Positions 1 through 13,419 of a stretch of DNA of 64,000 nt are shown piece by piece. The stretch lies in NCBI RefSeq assembly GCF_044704955.1, contig NC_091980.1:26846001-26910000 (forward strand), given 5' to 3'. Both the position numbers and the translations under genes were made by a program. Every line of letters begins with the position of its first letter. The first letter of the stretch is position 1. The notes beneath the pieces were generated by a model. It did not search any database, had not been told where the DNA came from, and was given only the letters and a program-made list of their open reading frames with translations. The stretch comes from Pristiophorus japonicus (Eukaryota).

Positions 1-2968
1 TGGCGTCAGGACTTTCAAAGGCACCAAAGTAAGGATATGCATCACCCCGGACACCACATCAGTGCACCACAAAGCCAGAACTGTGCTGTATGTGATGCGG
101 GAGAAAATTGAGAGTGAGCTGGACAGGTTGCTAAGAGAGGGCATAATTTCACCCGTTGAATTCAGCGACTGGGCAAGTCCCATTATCCCTGTTCTAAAAA
201 CGGATGGCTCGGTCAGGATCTGTGGCGACTACAAGGCCACCATCAACCGAGTGTACCTTCAGGACCAATATCCGCTTCCGAGAACGGAGGATCTTTTGCC
301 ACATTGGCAGGCGGCAAGCTGTTCACCAAGTTGGACCTCACTTCGGCCTACATGACCCAGGAACTGGCCGAGAATCCAAGCTACTGACCACCATCACCAC
401 GCACAAGGGGCTGTTTGTTTACAACAGGTGTCCATTTGGCATTCATTCAGCAGCCGCTATCTTTCAGAGGAACATGGAAAGCCTGCTCAAATCAATCCCC
501 GGAACAATTGTATTTCAGGACGACATCCTTATAATGGGTCGAGACACCGAGGAACACCTCCACAACCTGGAGGAGGTGCTACGCCGACTGGACCGGGTAG
601 GCCTGCGACTAAAGAAGTCCAAGTGTGTGTTTTGTCCCCAGAGGTCGAGTTTTTGGGCAGGAGGGTTGCCGCAGACAGGATCCGGCCTACCGAATCCAAA
701 ACGGAGGCGATCCGTCGCGCACCCAGGCCCGGCAACACATCGGAGTTGCGTTCATTTCTGGGACTATTGAACTATTTCGGGAACTTTCTACCGAACTTAA
801 GTACATTGCTGGAGCCGCTACACATGCTCCACCGTGTCAGGGGACTGTCAGGAACGGGCTTTCAATCGGTCGCGGAACCTGCTTTGTTCTAATAAGTTAT
901 TTACCTTGTACAACCTCTAAGAAATTGGTTTTGACATGCGATGCATCATCCTATGGGGTTGGATGCGTGCTGCAGCAGAGTAATGATGAGGGCCAACTCC
1001 AACCTGTGGCTTATGCCTCCAGGTCGCTCTCCCAAGTAGAAAGGGGATATGGGATGGTTGAAAAGGAAGCACTTGCATGTGTCTACGGGGTGAAGAAGAT
1101 GCATCAGTACCTTTTTGGCAGAAGGTTCGAGTTAGAAATGACCACAAGCCGTTAACATCCCTGTTGTCCAACAGCAAAGCTGTCATTGCCAATGCGTCAG
1201 CTCGCATACAGCGATGGGCTCTCACGCTGGCTGCATATGACTGCACCATACGGCACTGGCCGGGCACCAAAAATTGCGCTGATGCGCTCAGCAGGCTTCC
1301 ACTGGCCACTACTGAGGGGGCAGCGGAGCAAAGCGCTGAGATGGTCATGGCTGTCGATGCCTTTGACAGTGCAGGCTCCCCCATCAAGGCTCACCAGATC
1401 AAAACCTGGACAAACAGAGATCCCTTCCTATCTCTGATTAAGAAATGTGTCCTGACTGGGGATTGGGCGCCCGCACACGGAGCATGCCCTGAAGAGCTCA
1501 GACCGTTTCACAGTCGGATGGATGAACTCTCCATCCAAACCGACTGCCTACTATGCCCCAGGGAAGCATTCATCAGGGAACTCCACAGCAAGCACCCAAG
1601 CATCGTTCTAATGAAGGCCATTGCCCGGTCACATGTATGGTGGCCAGGAATTGACTTAGACCTGGAACACTGTTCGCAGATGCACGACGTGTGCCCAGCT
1701 GGGCAATGCCCCCAGGGAGGCCCCACTCAACCCGTGGTCCTGGCCCACCAAGCCATGGTGATGTATTCACGTAGACTACACGGGTCCGTTCATGGGAAAA
1801 ATGTTCCTCATTGTTGTTGATGCATACTCGAAATGGATCGAGTGCATCATTTTGAATTCGTGCATGACATCCACCACAGTGGAGAGTCTGCGTGCAGCCT
1901 TTGCGACCCACGGCTTGCCGGACATCCTAGTTAGCGACAATGGCGCGTGTTTCACTAGCTATGAATTCCGGGAGTTCATGTCAGGTAACGGCATTAAACA
2001 TGTCAGGACAGTGCCGTTCAAGCCGGCTTCCAATGGCCAGGCGGAACATGCGGTCCAAATCATAAAGCAAGGCATGCGCTGGATTCAAGGACCCTCCCTT
2101 CGATACCATCTATCGCGCCTCCTGCTGGCCTACAGGTCCCGACCGTACTCACTCACGGGAGACCTGCCAGCGGAACTTCTCATGAAACGTACATTAAAAA
2201 CTCGGCTGTCCCTCATTCATCCAGTCTTGTCAGACATTGTTGAGGGCAAGTGCCAGTCCCAACATGAGTGCCACGACCGTAACTCAAAGGGGAGATGGAT
2301 AGAAATCGATGACCCTGTATTTGTTCTTAATCACGCTGTGGGGCCCAAGTGGCTCGAGGGTACTGTAATTGGTAAAGAGGGGAATGGGGTCATAGTGGTC
2401 AGACTCAACAATGGGAAGATATGCCGCAAGCATCTGGACCAAGTAAAAAAAAAGGTTCAGCATGGACACTGAGGAACCTGAGGAAAATCATGAGATGCTG
2501 CCCACACCACTGCCAGTGAACGAGCAACAAGAACCTTCAGCAGCATGCACAGTCCCTGCCGTCAGCCCGGACGAGCCGGAATCACCACAGGTGACAAAGA
2601 CGTATGCAAAGGCTCAACAACCAGAGCCCCAACTGCGGCGCTCCACGAGAGAGCGTCGACCGCCTGAAAGATTCAATCTTTGACCCAAAGATGTTGGGGG
2701 GGAGGTGATGTCATGTTTGTAACCTTCACATAACTGTAACCTTTATGTAACAAAACTGTACACTGTATACAACTGAGAAATGCACACCTTGACCACAGGG
2801 GGTGAACTTGTGGGAGACACTCCTCACCTGGTCATCCAGGTATATAAAGGGAGGTCCCATGCAGGGCCATCACTTCTTGGTCCTGTGAATAAAGGTACAG
2901 GTCACAGAGTGACCTTGTCTCCGGTATGTGCCTCGTGTTGATTTGCTGTAGTGTGTAAGGACACAAGA
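1..2968 (+). mobile_element. Gypsy (Mag-clade-like) LTR retrotransposon, 3' part (RT-RNaseH-integrase, frameshifted) plus 3' LTR; runs off the window start
   Basis: ORF fragments with RT (RICGDYK, FQDDIL), RNase H (LTCDASSYG) and integrase (VVDAYSKW, SDNG, SNGQAE). PPT gttggggggggaggtga precedes LTR start TGTCATG at 2709. Confidence 0.95.
2709..2968 (+). repeat. 3' LTR of Gypsy copy 1
   Basis: Begins TGTCA after the PPT; contains TATATAAA and AATAAA; homologous to the reverse complement of 61068-61325. Confidence 0.9.
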
Positions 2969-3192
2969 GCGATGTCGGATCTGGAACGCTCAGCCTGAAA
3001 AGGAGTTGGAAGCTGATTCCATAAATAATTTTAAAAGGGAGTTGGACAGTTGGTTGTGGATGAGGAACTTACAGGATTAGGGACAAAAAGTGGGAACGTG
3101 GAACTAAGCCTGACTGCTCGTTCAAAGAGCCAGCACTGGCACCACGGGCCGAATGGCCTCCTGCTGTGCTGTAGGTTTCTATGATTCTATGA
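2969..3192 (+). mobile_element. CR1 LINE 3' end fragment (target of Gypsy copy 1)
   Basis: gggccgaatggcctcc...ttctatgattctatg tail typical of CR1 3' ends; boundaries approximate. Confidence 0.7.
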
Positions 3193-3280
3193 AAAAGCAC
3201 AGTACAAACCTAAGAGACTCATTGGGTCATCGACTCTGTTCTAGTTGACTGTCAATCTCTGTATCTTTCTTATTGCTCAG

Positions 3281-3568
3281 ATGTTCCGGATAGACCCGTC
3301 ATATTACTCCCGGAGGATATAACTGAAGGGAGACCTGCAAATATAATCTGCAAAGCCTTCTATGCTTGCCCTGATAATCGTCCCATTCTAACCTGGAGTG
3401 AATTGCCAGAGTCCACTGTCAACACCGTCACCAAAAACAGTGACGAGGTTTCCACTGTGCTGATGTTTAACCCTTCGTTCAAGCATCACGGACAAACTGT
3501 TCTCTGTATATCCGACTACCTTGAAACCAACCATCGACTGGTGAACTCTGTCACCTTGAGTGTAAAAT
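3281..3568 (+). CDS. Siglec-like C2-set Ig exon (domain-2 type), upstream unit
   Basis: Acceptor ttgctcAG and donor GTAAGT; 288 nt, phase 1-1. Encodes xVPDRPVILLPEDITEGRPANIICKAFYACPDNRPILTW...HHGQTVLC...VTLSVK. Not in the ORF track. Confidence 0.9.
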
Positions 3569-3619
3569 GTAAGTATTAGTTATAAAGTCTTGCTTATGTT
3601 CCAGGTGCAATCGGTCCCA

Positions 3620-4113
3620 TATTAAGGCGCTGGAGAAGGTGCAAAAAATAGATGTACCAGAACTGAGAGCTTATAGCTATCAAGAAAGACTGAACAAGCT
3701 GGGGTCCTTTTCTCTTGAAAAGAGAAGGCTGAGGGATGATCTGATAGAGGTTTTTAAAATGATGAAGGGCTTCAATAGGGTAGACATAGAGAAAATGTTT
3801 CCACTTCAGGTAGTCGAAAACTAGGGACGATAAATATAAGTTAGTCACTAATAAATCCAGTAAGGAATTCAGGAGAATCTTCTTTACCCAGAGAGTGGTG
3901 GAAGTGTGGAACTTGCAACCACATGGAGTGGTTGAGGCGTATTGCAAAGATTCATTTAAAGGGAAGCTAGATAAGCACATGAGGAAGAAAGGAATAGAAG
4001 GATATGTTGACAGGGTGAGATGACGTAGGGTGGGAGGAGGCTCGTGTGAAGGATATGGATCAGTTGCGAAGAACGGCCTGTCTCTGTGCTGTACATTCTA
4101 TGCAATTCTATGC
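3620..4113 (+). mobile_element. CR1 LINE 3' fragment
   Basis: YQERLNKLGSFSLEKRRLRDDLIEVFK motif and ttctatg tail; boundaries approximate. Confidence 0.8.
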
Positions 4114-4207
4114 AAAATCAGTCTCTAATCAGGAACACAGAGCTGTTTGTACACATGCTAGTATTGGAGCTATATCCAGTCCAAACTTGCATTTTTCCCC
4201 AATCTAA

Positions 4208-4851
4208 GGGCTCAATTTTCCCCAAAGCATTTTGTTAGCATACTTGAAGAGTTACGCCCGATTTTTGGGGGCCTAAGTACAAGCCACAATGCGAGCTGAG
4301 GCTGCAAAGTGAAGCATACAGCCATCTCCCAAGAATTAAAAGAATTGAAAAACACATAGCAGCATCTTATCTCAAAACCCGCCCAAAGGGCTTGCCAGTC
4401 CGGTCCCATTGTCAGTCCCCAGATTGATTAATTCTCTCTCTCTCTCTCTGTGAACTGGGGACCGAGAATGGGAGCGAACCGGGAAAATGGGGACCGAGAA
4501 TGGGACCGGACAGCCTTCGGGCGGGGTTGGGGGTATGTTTTTCAATTCTTTTCGTGTGTCCGGGCATCTGCTGTGCTGATTTCCTTACCTGCGCCGATTT
4601 CCTTAACTCTAGGGAAGGTTTTTCTGGAGAGGCCCCATACGCTGGCCTAAGCACAACTGGAGTAACACTCAGCTGGCCAAACTTCCCTAAATGGCCAGAA
4701 TTGGTGCAGGTGGCTGGTTATGCTCCCTTTGGCTGAAAAAAAAACTGGTCTAAAAAAATTGTAACTAACTGAGTTACGCTGGTGCAAATTGATTGGGGAA
4801 ACTGTGGTTTTTTCAACTAGGCCAAAAAGAGCACTGGGGAAAATTGAGCCC
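4208..4851. mobile_element. PIF/Harbinger-type MITE
   Basis: Perfect 17-bp TIRs GGGCTCAATTTTCCCCA / TGGGGAAAATTGAGCCC; TAA TSD on both sides; 3' part resembles the end of 44395-46888. Confidence 0.9.
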
Positions 4852-4899
4852 TAAGTCTGGGACTCACATGTTAGATGTTAAACTCCCTTGGGCTCACTT

Positions 4900-5420
4900 T
4901 TTAAAAATTCATTCTCGGGATGTGGGCATTGTTGGCAAGGCCAGCATTTATCGCCTGTCCCTAGTCGTCCTTTGAGAATATGGTGGTGAGCCACCTTCTT
5001 GAGCTGCTGCAGTCCCGTGTGGTGAAGGTTCTCCCATAGTGCTGTTAGTTAGGGACTATCCCAGCAATGATGAAGCAACACCTGATGTATCTCCAAGTCA
5101 GGATAATGTATGTGTGACTCGGAGGGAAACTTGGAGGTGATGCTGTTCCCAAGCGCCTACTCCCCTCGACCCTCTAGGTGGTAGAGGTTGCTGGTTTGGG
5201 AGGTGCTGCCGAAGAAGCCTTGGCGAGTTGCTGCAGTGCATTTTGTAGATGGTACACACTGAAGCCACAATTCACCGGTGCTGTGGGTGTTTAAGGTGGT
5301 AGATGGGGTGCCGATCAAATGGACTGCTTTGTTCTGGATGGTTTTAGGCTTCTTGAGTATTGAGTATTGTTGGAGCTGAACCAGAGCAAGTGGTGAGCAT
5401 TCCATCACACTCCTGATTTT
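4900..5420 (-). mobile_element. Non-LTR retrotransposon 3' fragment (same family as 28520-30330)
   Basis: Reverse complement of the 3' end at about 29900-30330 (gggatgtgggcat..ggcaaggccagcattta). Confidence 0.75.
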
Positions 5421-5462
5421 ACCTCAGTATTTTAATGTGTTGATAATTTTTGTATTTCAAAG

Positions 5463-5720
5463 ACTTCCCTCGAAACACTCTCATCCTAATGACATTCAAA
5501 AAAGGAAATATGATTTCCCTGCGGTGTTCCAGTGAGGGTAATCCAGCAGTCCACTATTTCTCCTGGTCCAAGGTCTCCCACGGAAAAGATACTGAGATGA
5601 GCCAAGTTGGTCAAACTATCACTATTCCCCATGGCATCGGAGAGGAAGTCTCCTACTACTGCACAGCAACAAGTGCCTTGGGCAGTTCAAGGTCTCTGCC
5701 TGTTAGAATTCCCAACAAAT
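5463..5720 (+). CDS. Ig exon (C2/I-set), upstream unit
   Basis: Acceptor ttcaaAG and donor GTGAGT; 258 nt, phase 1-1. Encodes YFPRNTLIL...ISLRCSSEGNPAVHYFSW...VSYYCTATSALG. Confidence 0.9.
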
Positions 5721-5899
5721 GTGAGTACTTTTAAGTCTGATTTATAAAACATTTCAGGTTTCTGCATTGATCCCAAATAAACCGCTTTCAGTTCAAATAG
5801 AAGAAATAAAGAACTTCCATTGACATAAGGCCTTTTACCACCTTGGGACACACTCACTCCAGAGTCTGAAGCACCATAATCCATGCCAACACTTCCAGT

Positions 5900-6860
5900 C
5901 ATTCAATTAGCCATTTAATTAGATCATGGCTGATCTGTACATAACTTTGCTCCATATCCCTTGATACCCTGATCCAAAATCTATTCATCTCAGTCTTGAA
6001 AGCTCCAAATGATCCACAGCATCCTATGTGTAAAGAAATGCTTCCTGACTTCACCACTGAATGGCCTAGCTCTAATGATTAGGTTGTGCCCACTTGTTCT
6101 GGACTATGCTCACTTGGGAAAATAGTTTCTCTCTATCAACATCAAATCCTTCAATCATTTTAAACACCTTGATTAGACCACCCCTGAATCTTCTATATTC
6201 GAGGGAATACAAACCAAGTCTATGCAACCTGTTCTCATAATTTAAACCCTGGTATCATTCTGGTGAATCTGCTCTCCAAGGCCATCATATCCTTCCTGAG
6301 GTGCGATGCCCAGAACTGAACGCAATACTCCAGATGTGGTCTGACCAATGCTCTGTACAACTGTAGCCTACCTTTCTCCTCTTTTGTATTCCAACCCTCT
6401 TGAGATAAAAGCCAATGTTCCATTAGTATTTTTGATTGCTTTCAAACGTTTAAAATTCTGACGGGGTTAGACAGGTTAGATGCAGGAAGAATGTTCCCAA
6501 TGTTGGGGAAGTCCAGAACCAGGGGACACAGTCTAAGGATAAGGGGTAAGCCATTTAGGACCGAGATGAGGAGGAATTTCTTCACCCAGAGAGTGGTGAA
6601 CCTGTGGAATTCTCTACCACCGAAGGTTGTTGAGGCCAATTCACTAAATATATTCAAAAAGGAGTTGGATGAAGTCCTTACTACTAGGGGAATCAAGGGG
6701 TATGGTGAGAAAGCAGGAATGGGGTACTGAAGTTGCATGTTCAGCCATGAACTCATTGAATGGCGGTGCAGGCTAGAAGGGCCGAATGGCCTACTCCTGC
6801 ACCTATTTTCGATGTTTCTTTGTTTCTATGTTTCATGTACTTGTCTACTGAAACTGGATA
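5900..6860. mobile_element. CR1 fragment (-) interrupted by a younger CR1 3' fragment (+, about 6443-6834)
   Basis: LYRALVRPHLEYCVQFW on the - strand; RTRGHSLRIRG...RNFFTQRVVNLWNSLP on the + strand. Confidence 0.8.
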
Positions 6861-6895
6861 ATTCAATGGGCCTTTCCCCAAAACGTGTCTTACAG

Positions 6896-7186
6896 ATGAT
6901 GCAATCATACTGTCGGAGTCGAGGTGCACACAGTATCTGACCAACGTGACCTGCCTTTGTGTCGTTGAATCCAACTCATCCGTTGAGGCCATGTGGCATC
7001 TGCCAGGAAGAACTATCGGGGTGACTGGATCAGGCGGGGTCTACGAGACACAGTCCACCAGGGCCGGATCCTTGATAACCAACACACTCACCATCAATGG
7101 GAGCAACATGACCATGAAGACACTCAACTGCTCTGTGGCGAATTCTCAAGGTCGCACACCATCGCAGATGCAATTGGAAATTCAGG
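6896..7186 (+). CDS. Ig exon resembling the MAG/Siglec membrane-proximal domain, upstream unit
   Basis: Acceptor cttacAG and donor GTGAGT; 291 nt, phase 1-1. Encodes YDAIILSESRCTQYLTNVTCLCVVESN...CSVANSQG, matching the ES-x-C...CxCVVxSN pattern of MAG domain 5. Confidence 0.88.
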
Positions 7187-7261
7187 GTGAGTGTCTGCCC
7201 ATGGATCTTTTAATGTTAATTTGAAAGAGATTCAACAATGTACAGAGACAGACAGCTATTT

Positions 7262-8320
7262 TTTTTTAATTCATTCATGGGATGTGGGCATCGCTGGCAA
7301 GGCCAACATTTATTGCCCAGCCCTAATTGCCCTGGTGCTGGTGAGCCGCCTTCGTGAATCGCTGCAGTCCCGTGTGATGAAAGTGCTCCCTCAGTGCTGT
7401 TAGGGAGGAAGCTACAGGATTTTGAGCCAGCGATAATAAAGGAACTTCAATATATTTACACATCAGGATGGTGTGTGACTTGATGGGAACTTGGAGATGA
7501 TGGTGTTCCCATTCACATGCTGCCCTTATCCTTCTAGGTGGTAGAGGTCGCAGGTTTGGGAGATGCTGCCGAAGAAGCCTTGTTGAGTTGCTGCAGTGCA
7601 TCTTGTAGATGGTACACACTGCAGCCACGGTGTGCCGGTGGTGGAGGGAGTGAATGTTTAAGTTGGTGGATGAGGTGAAAATCCTGGATGGTGTCGAGTT
7701 TATTGAGTGTTGGAGCTGCACCCATCCAGGCAAGTGGAGAGTATCCATCACACTTCTGAATTGTGCCTTGTAGATGCTGGAAAGGCTTTGGGGAGTCAGG
7801 AGGTGAATCACTCGCCGCAGAATACCCAGCCTCTCTCTTGCTCTTGTAGCCACATTATCTATGTGGCTAGTCTATTTAAGTTTCTGGTCAATGGTGAACC
7901 CCAGAATATTGATGGTGGGGGATTGGGCACTGGTAATGCCATTGAATATCAAGGGACGGTGGTTAGACTCTCCCTTTTTGGAGATGGTTATTGCATGACA
8001 CTTGTGAGGCACGAATGTTATTAGCCCAAGCCTGAATATTGTCGAGGTCTTGGTGCATGCAGGCATGGACTGCTCCATTATCTGAGGAATTGCGAATGGC
8101 ACTGAACACTGTGCAATCATCAGTGAACATCCTTTTTTCTGTCCTTATGATGGAGGGAAGGTCATTGATGAAGCAGCTAAAGATGGTTGGGCCTTGGAGA
8201 CTGCCCTGAGGAAATCCTCCAACGACCACAATCATCTTCCTTTGTGCTTGGTATAACATCAGCCAGTGGAGAGTTTTCCTCCTGATTCCCATTGACTTCA
8301 ATTTTACTAGGACTCCAGTC
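7262..8320 (-). mobile_element. Non-LTR retrotransposon RT/3' fragment (RTE-X/CR1-like family)
   Basis: PQGSLQGPTIFSCFINDLP, MFTDD and YKAQFRSVM motifs on the - strand. Confidence 0.85.
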
Positions 8321-10010
8321 ACTCTCACCTCAGAAATTCAGCTCTTTTGTGCTTGTTGTGTTCAAGTCCATCCATGGCCTCACTCCCCCATGCCTCCCCC
8401 ACCCCCAACCCCACCACCACCACCACCGGCACATCTTTCTAACCTCCTGCAGCCCTACAACTCTACGAGATCTCTGCACTCCTCCAATTCTGGCCTCTTG
8501 CACATCCCTGATTTTCGTCACTCCACTATTGGCAGCTGTGCCTTCAACTGCCTAGGCTCTAAGCTCTGGAATTCCTCCATAAACTTCGGGGATAGTAACT
8601 TTCAAAAGTGAATTCGATATAATCTTGAAGTGGAAACATTGCATGCGTTTGGTGAAAAAACAGGGCAGTGGGAATAATTGGATAGCTCCTTCAAAGAGCC
8701 GGCACAGGCTGATGGGCCAAGTGGCCTCCTTCTGTGCTGAAAGATTCTATGATTCTATGATTTATGTTCTTTACCAACACTGCTTTCCTTTCCACCCCCC
8801 CCCCCGTGAAATCATTAATATTGCAGAAGAACAGGGAACAAGGGGTGCTTGGCATCAGCATTTAGTGTGGGGCCCACTTCAGTTTGAACAAACATGCAGT
8901 GAGAAGGTCTGTAAAAGACATGAACCCAACACAGCTGCATCTGACACCTCTGAGGCAAGAGAAGCTTTGCTGCTGTGCTTCAAAGTGTCTGCTGGAGTCA
9001 GGCCCGTCCTGAGCCTGGGGAGACAATTCTGTCTACAATGCTGTATCAGAATCAACCTACAACAATATTGTTGGCTTGAAAATAATCCCTAAGATAATGA
9101 GGATCCAAAGTTATTCCTTAGACAATGAGGATCCAAATTGATTCCTTAGCAAATGTGGATCCAAAGTGCGCCAAGCAGACTGAATCACAATAGCCAATTA
9201 GCTGGGTTTAAGAGCAAACATGAAGGTTAGGCTAATTAGTGATTTATGATGGAAATACTGCCATGAGTTCTGATTCCTCCTAACCCATTGTCTTGTAAGT
9301 CAGTACAGAATGTATCTCAATTGTTGCGCCATTTAGACATTGTGTCGGGTGGAAGACTTGCTTCACTAAACAGGGTCCTGAGATCCATGAGCCAATATAG
9401 AATTAACTTGTGCACTCCCTGTCCAGGATTCCCTTCCATCCATTGGGTTGATGGAGCCATCTGTTGGGTCAAGAATTGTCTTCAGATACCTAAAAGTTGT
9501 GTGCTGAGGAAAAGGCATGAACACGGGTGGATATAAGAAACACAGGCAATGTGACTATGGGCTAGACTTTCCACTTTTGTGCCGATCGGCCAAAAACGGG
9601 CGTTATTTCCAGCGTGGGCGGTAATAATGGGTTTTGAGATTGCTGGATTATTGCCCATTTTCAAAACGCTAACTTTCCATTTTTAAAAATGGCCATGACC
9701 GCGAGCGATCTGAAATGTGCGTTAGCGGTAAATTTTTTTGACCTTCTGCCGTAAAGTGTCGCCGACCATAGCAACGGCATGGCCACGCTCGTTTCCCACA
9801 TTTCAGGAGGTCAGGGGTCATCATTACATGTGCATAAGAGGAGACAGAGAGAGAGAGGGAGCAGAGAGCAAATGAAAGTGTGTGTGGGTGTGGTGTGTGC
9901 TTCTTTGGCTGTTGTGGGAGGCACGAGGGAGATTCACCATCAGCAAAAAGCGTACTAAGCACAAAGAAGGTAGTTGGCACCGAGTTTTTGTGGAAAAAAT
10001 AATATTTAAC

Positions 10011-11784
10011 ATGGAAGGGATGGAGGAGGTGACCCAGCATGCTATGCAGACTGACGCTGGTGAAAGCAGTGAGCTGGGAGAGGAATAATTGGGAGGACGA
10101 AAAAGAGCGAGGAGGTTGTCGGACAAGGCAAATGCCTCCCTCATGCAGGAGGTCGAGTCACGCTGGGGTCAATTGACCCAAGGAGGGCGTGAGAAGCCCA
10201 TCCCAAAGGCCTACCAGAAGATATGGGCCGAGATAGCCGATGTGGTCTCGTTGGCGACCAACGAGGTGCGAGAGGGCAACCAATGCCGCTAGCGATGGAA
10301 CGACCTTGTTGGAGCCGCAAGAGTAAGTATTACATTTATTTACATGTACTTATATATTTATATAATTGGAATTGTAAGTGTAATGAGTGATTAAAATCAG
10401 ATGTGATATCTTACACTTAAAGGGGAAAGGTTGTACTCAAAGCCTGCGATCATGGTGTACATCTTTAGGTAAATAATGATAAGTTTCATTATAATCATGA
10501 TTACATCATGAGTTGTATCAATCTCTGTGACAGTATCTAGCAATGATATCATGCAATGATCTCATGCCATGTCATGCTGTTGTTACCTTTTACAGAAGAA
10601 GCTTTCGAGGAATAGGGATGAGCAGAGGCGAACAGGTGGGGGGGCCACCAATCATTATCGACCTCACCGACATCGAGGAGCGGGTGCTGGTACTTGTGGG
10701 GACCCACCCCCGGTCGGCCACGCAAGCAGCAGCAGAGCCTGATGTGATGCCACACGAGGAAAGTATTTACCATTGCATGATGTAAAGTCAATAGATGCCA
10801 CACCCACTCATATTCGACCAATATTATATGTCATAAAATTCTTCTCTAAATAATGATGACCTCATGAGAATCATTGCAATGCAGAATTTGGTGATGGTCA
10901 TGAAATGTGATGTCTGTGATGATCTTGATAGTGGTGTTGCTTTTGTCATACATATGTTGTGTGTAGCGCTGGACTCACCTTGTGACCCTAGCACTCCCTT
11001 CTCCTCTAATAACCTCATTTATATTTCGCAGCTCAGCCAGCAGTGCGGCCCATGCAAGAACACTGAGCCCAGAAGGTGGGGGCGCGTGGATGGATTCGCT
11101 GGACTCTCCTCCATCTGGTGCTGGCGAGCACCGATTCTCGCCCGTGCATCTGCTGGGTCCCTTCTCAACAGATGACAGTACCGACTTCGAGGAGCCTGTA
11201 TCCCCAACCTCCATAATCCATTCGACACCAATGACATCTAGTGCTCCTGCGGCCATTCCCACATCCACCGTGGAGGTACCGGGCCCAAGCATCTTGCCGC
11301 AGGGCACCCCGGGTGTCTACAGGACGGCACCGACCAAGTGGAGGTTAGTTCGACATGGCAGGTCTGCTTCACGAGCGGCAGATCTGAGCAGGGACATGGT
11401 ACATGTCCAGGAGGAGTGTAGACATAGGTCAGCAGATCCAACAATGGGGGGCATAATCCTCCAGCCACCATGACGGAGTATGTGCCGTGGATGGCAGAGG
11501 CCCTGGAGCTGATAGCCAGGAACACTGGTGGCAGAGACCTCCCAGTGGTCCCAGAGCAGGGCACTGCACCCCAAGGTGCCGCACCCCCATTGCCAACTAT
11601 ACATAAGAGCCAGGAGAAAGAGCTTGCTTCTGGCCCGGAGGACATTCTCACCTCAGGACCTTCCTCTCCCGCATCCGTCCAAGCAGCGGTCTGCCTTCAT
11701 CCCCCCCCCCCCCCCCTAATGAAGCAGCGTCTGAGCAGCTCCTCGGCCAGGCGGCTTGGAGTCAGGAGGGGAAGGGGAAGGTAG
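10011..11784 (+). pseudogene. Harbinger Myb/SANT-like DNA-binding protein, multi-exon, disrupted
   Basis: RARRLSD...KIWAEIA...NQCR*RWNDL followed by GTAAGT; second exon KKLSRNR...RTGGGPP; in-frame stops. Confidence 0.75.
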
Positions 11785-12259
11785 AGGTGGGGAGGGGAAG
11801 CGGGTGGGGGGAGGGGGAAGGAAAGTAAGGTGCGTGGCTACAGGTGTTGTCTTGGAATATTTTTATGGTGTTGGTGCTATTTTAGTGGGAGGGTCAGGGG
11901 AAGGGACGAGGGGGCTACCTTGCTGGTTTGCATTTGTGTTATGTGTTGCTGGAAATGGTGACCAATTAAATAAAGCAAATGTGATAAATTTGTTGTGGGA
12001 TGGGGTGTTTTTTACAGTTATAATTATGATTTCACACAAATGGTCGGATTAAATGTTTTTTATTTAACATAACCTTGTTGCGCATTGTCTCAGAAAGCTG
12101 CACCGTTACACACTGGTGATTCCTTAACATGAAGGGGTATAATTACACTTAACATGAACCAATTTAAACTTTAACTGTCACCAAGGTGATGCACAGCATT
12201 GATGTATGACCTGCACACCCAGCAGTGTTGCAACTTTGTAAATAACAACGACGTTCTTT

Positions 12260-13419
12260 CGAGCAAAGCGCTCATTTATGAGCTGCTAACATAAGAGTCT
12301 TGCAGCTATGTAGCCACCACAGGCCCTTTCCTACAGTCTAGAGGGTGGGGGGCATGGACATGGTTTCAGCATCCGCCTGATTGTCTGGCCCGAGGTCCCT
12401 TCTGGCAATTCTTGTTCCCTCCTAATAGCCAAGTTGTGCAGGATTGAAGCACATCACCATGAATTGAGCTATCCGCTCAAGGTGGTATTGGAGCTCTCCT
12501 CCTGAGTGGTCCAGGCATCTAAAGTGCTGCTTAAGCACTCCAATGGTTTTCTCGAGGATATTGCAAGTGGCTCTGTGACTTTCGTTGTATCGCTTCTCTG
12601 CCTCGGTGTAGGTGTCACACAGGGGGGTCATCAGCCAGGTGACGAGGCCATATCCTTTGTCACCAAGCATCCAGCATTGACCTTGTAGCTGACTGGTAAA
12701 TATGTCAGATACAGTGCTCTCACGCAGGATGTGAGCATCATGGATGCTGCTCAGAAATTTGGCATTCACTGCCATTATTATTTGCTGGTGGTCAACAACG
12801 GGTTGCACATTCAGGGAGTGGAATCCCTTGCGGTTCCTAAAAACCTCTGCATCCTGAAAAGGTGCCCGCATCGCGATGTGCATACAGTCTATTGCTCTCT
12901 GCACCTTGGGGAAATTAGCAATTCGGTAAAATCCTATAGCCGTCTCAGTCTGAGCCTCCTTGGTCATGGGGAAGCTGATAAAGTCCATCCTGCATGCGTA
13001 AAGGCTTCAGTGACCTGTCTAATGCAGCAATGTGTGGCATGCTGAGATATAGCACAATTGTTGCCAGCTGAGGCCTGAAAGGAACCCGACGCGTAAAACG
13101 AAAGTGCCACCGTGACCTTGACCTCAACGGACAGTGCGGTCCTGATGGTGCTGGCAGGCTGCACATCTCCTCTGATGAGTTGGCATATCTCACTGATAAC
13201 CTCTTTGTGGAAGCGCAGTCTCCTAAGGCAGGTGTTATCGAACAAGTTGAGGTAAGACCGCTTCTCCTTCTAAGTGCGGGGGGTGTAAGGTCTGGTCCTC
13301 CTCATCAGTCTGGCACGTCTTAGATTGGGCACATAAAGCTGTCGAATATATCTTCTGCCATCTTTAGTCTGCAGCATGTGAGTACTCATTAAGACAGGCT
13401 GCGAAATTACAGGTCCCAT
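12260..13419 (-). pseudogene. Harbinger DDE transposase (HARBI1-like), disrupted
   Basis: AIDCMHI, FRNRKGFHSLNVQ, HDAHIL, LGDKGY, YNESH...LEKTIGVLK motifs; stop and frameshifts. Confidence 0.9.

Noticed and set aside
12260-13419. Host HARBI1 gene
   Set aside because: Disrupted by a stop and frameshifts, and enclosed by TIRs/TSD with a Myb partner gene, so it is a transposon copy.
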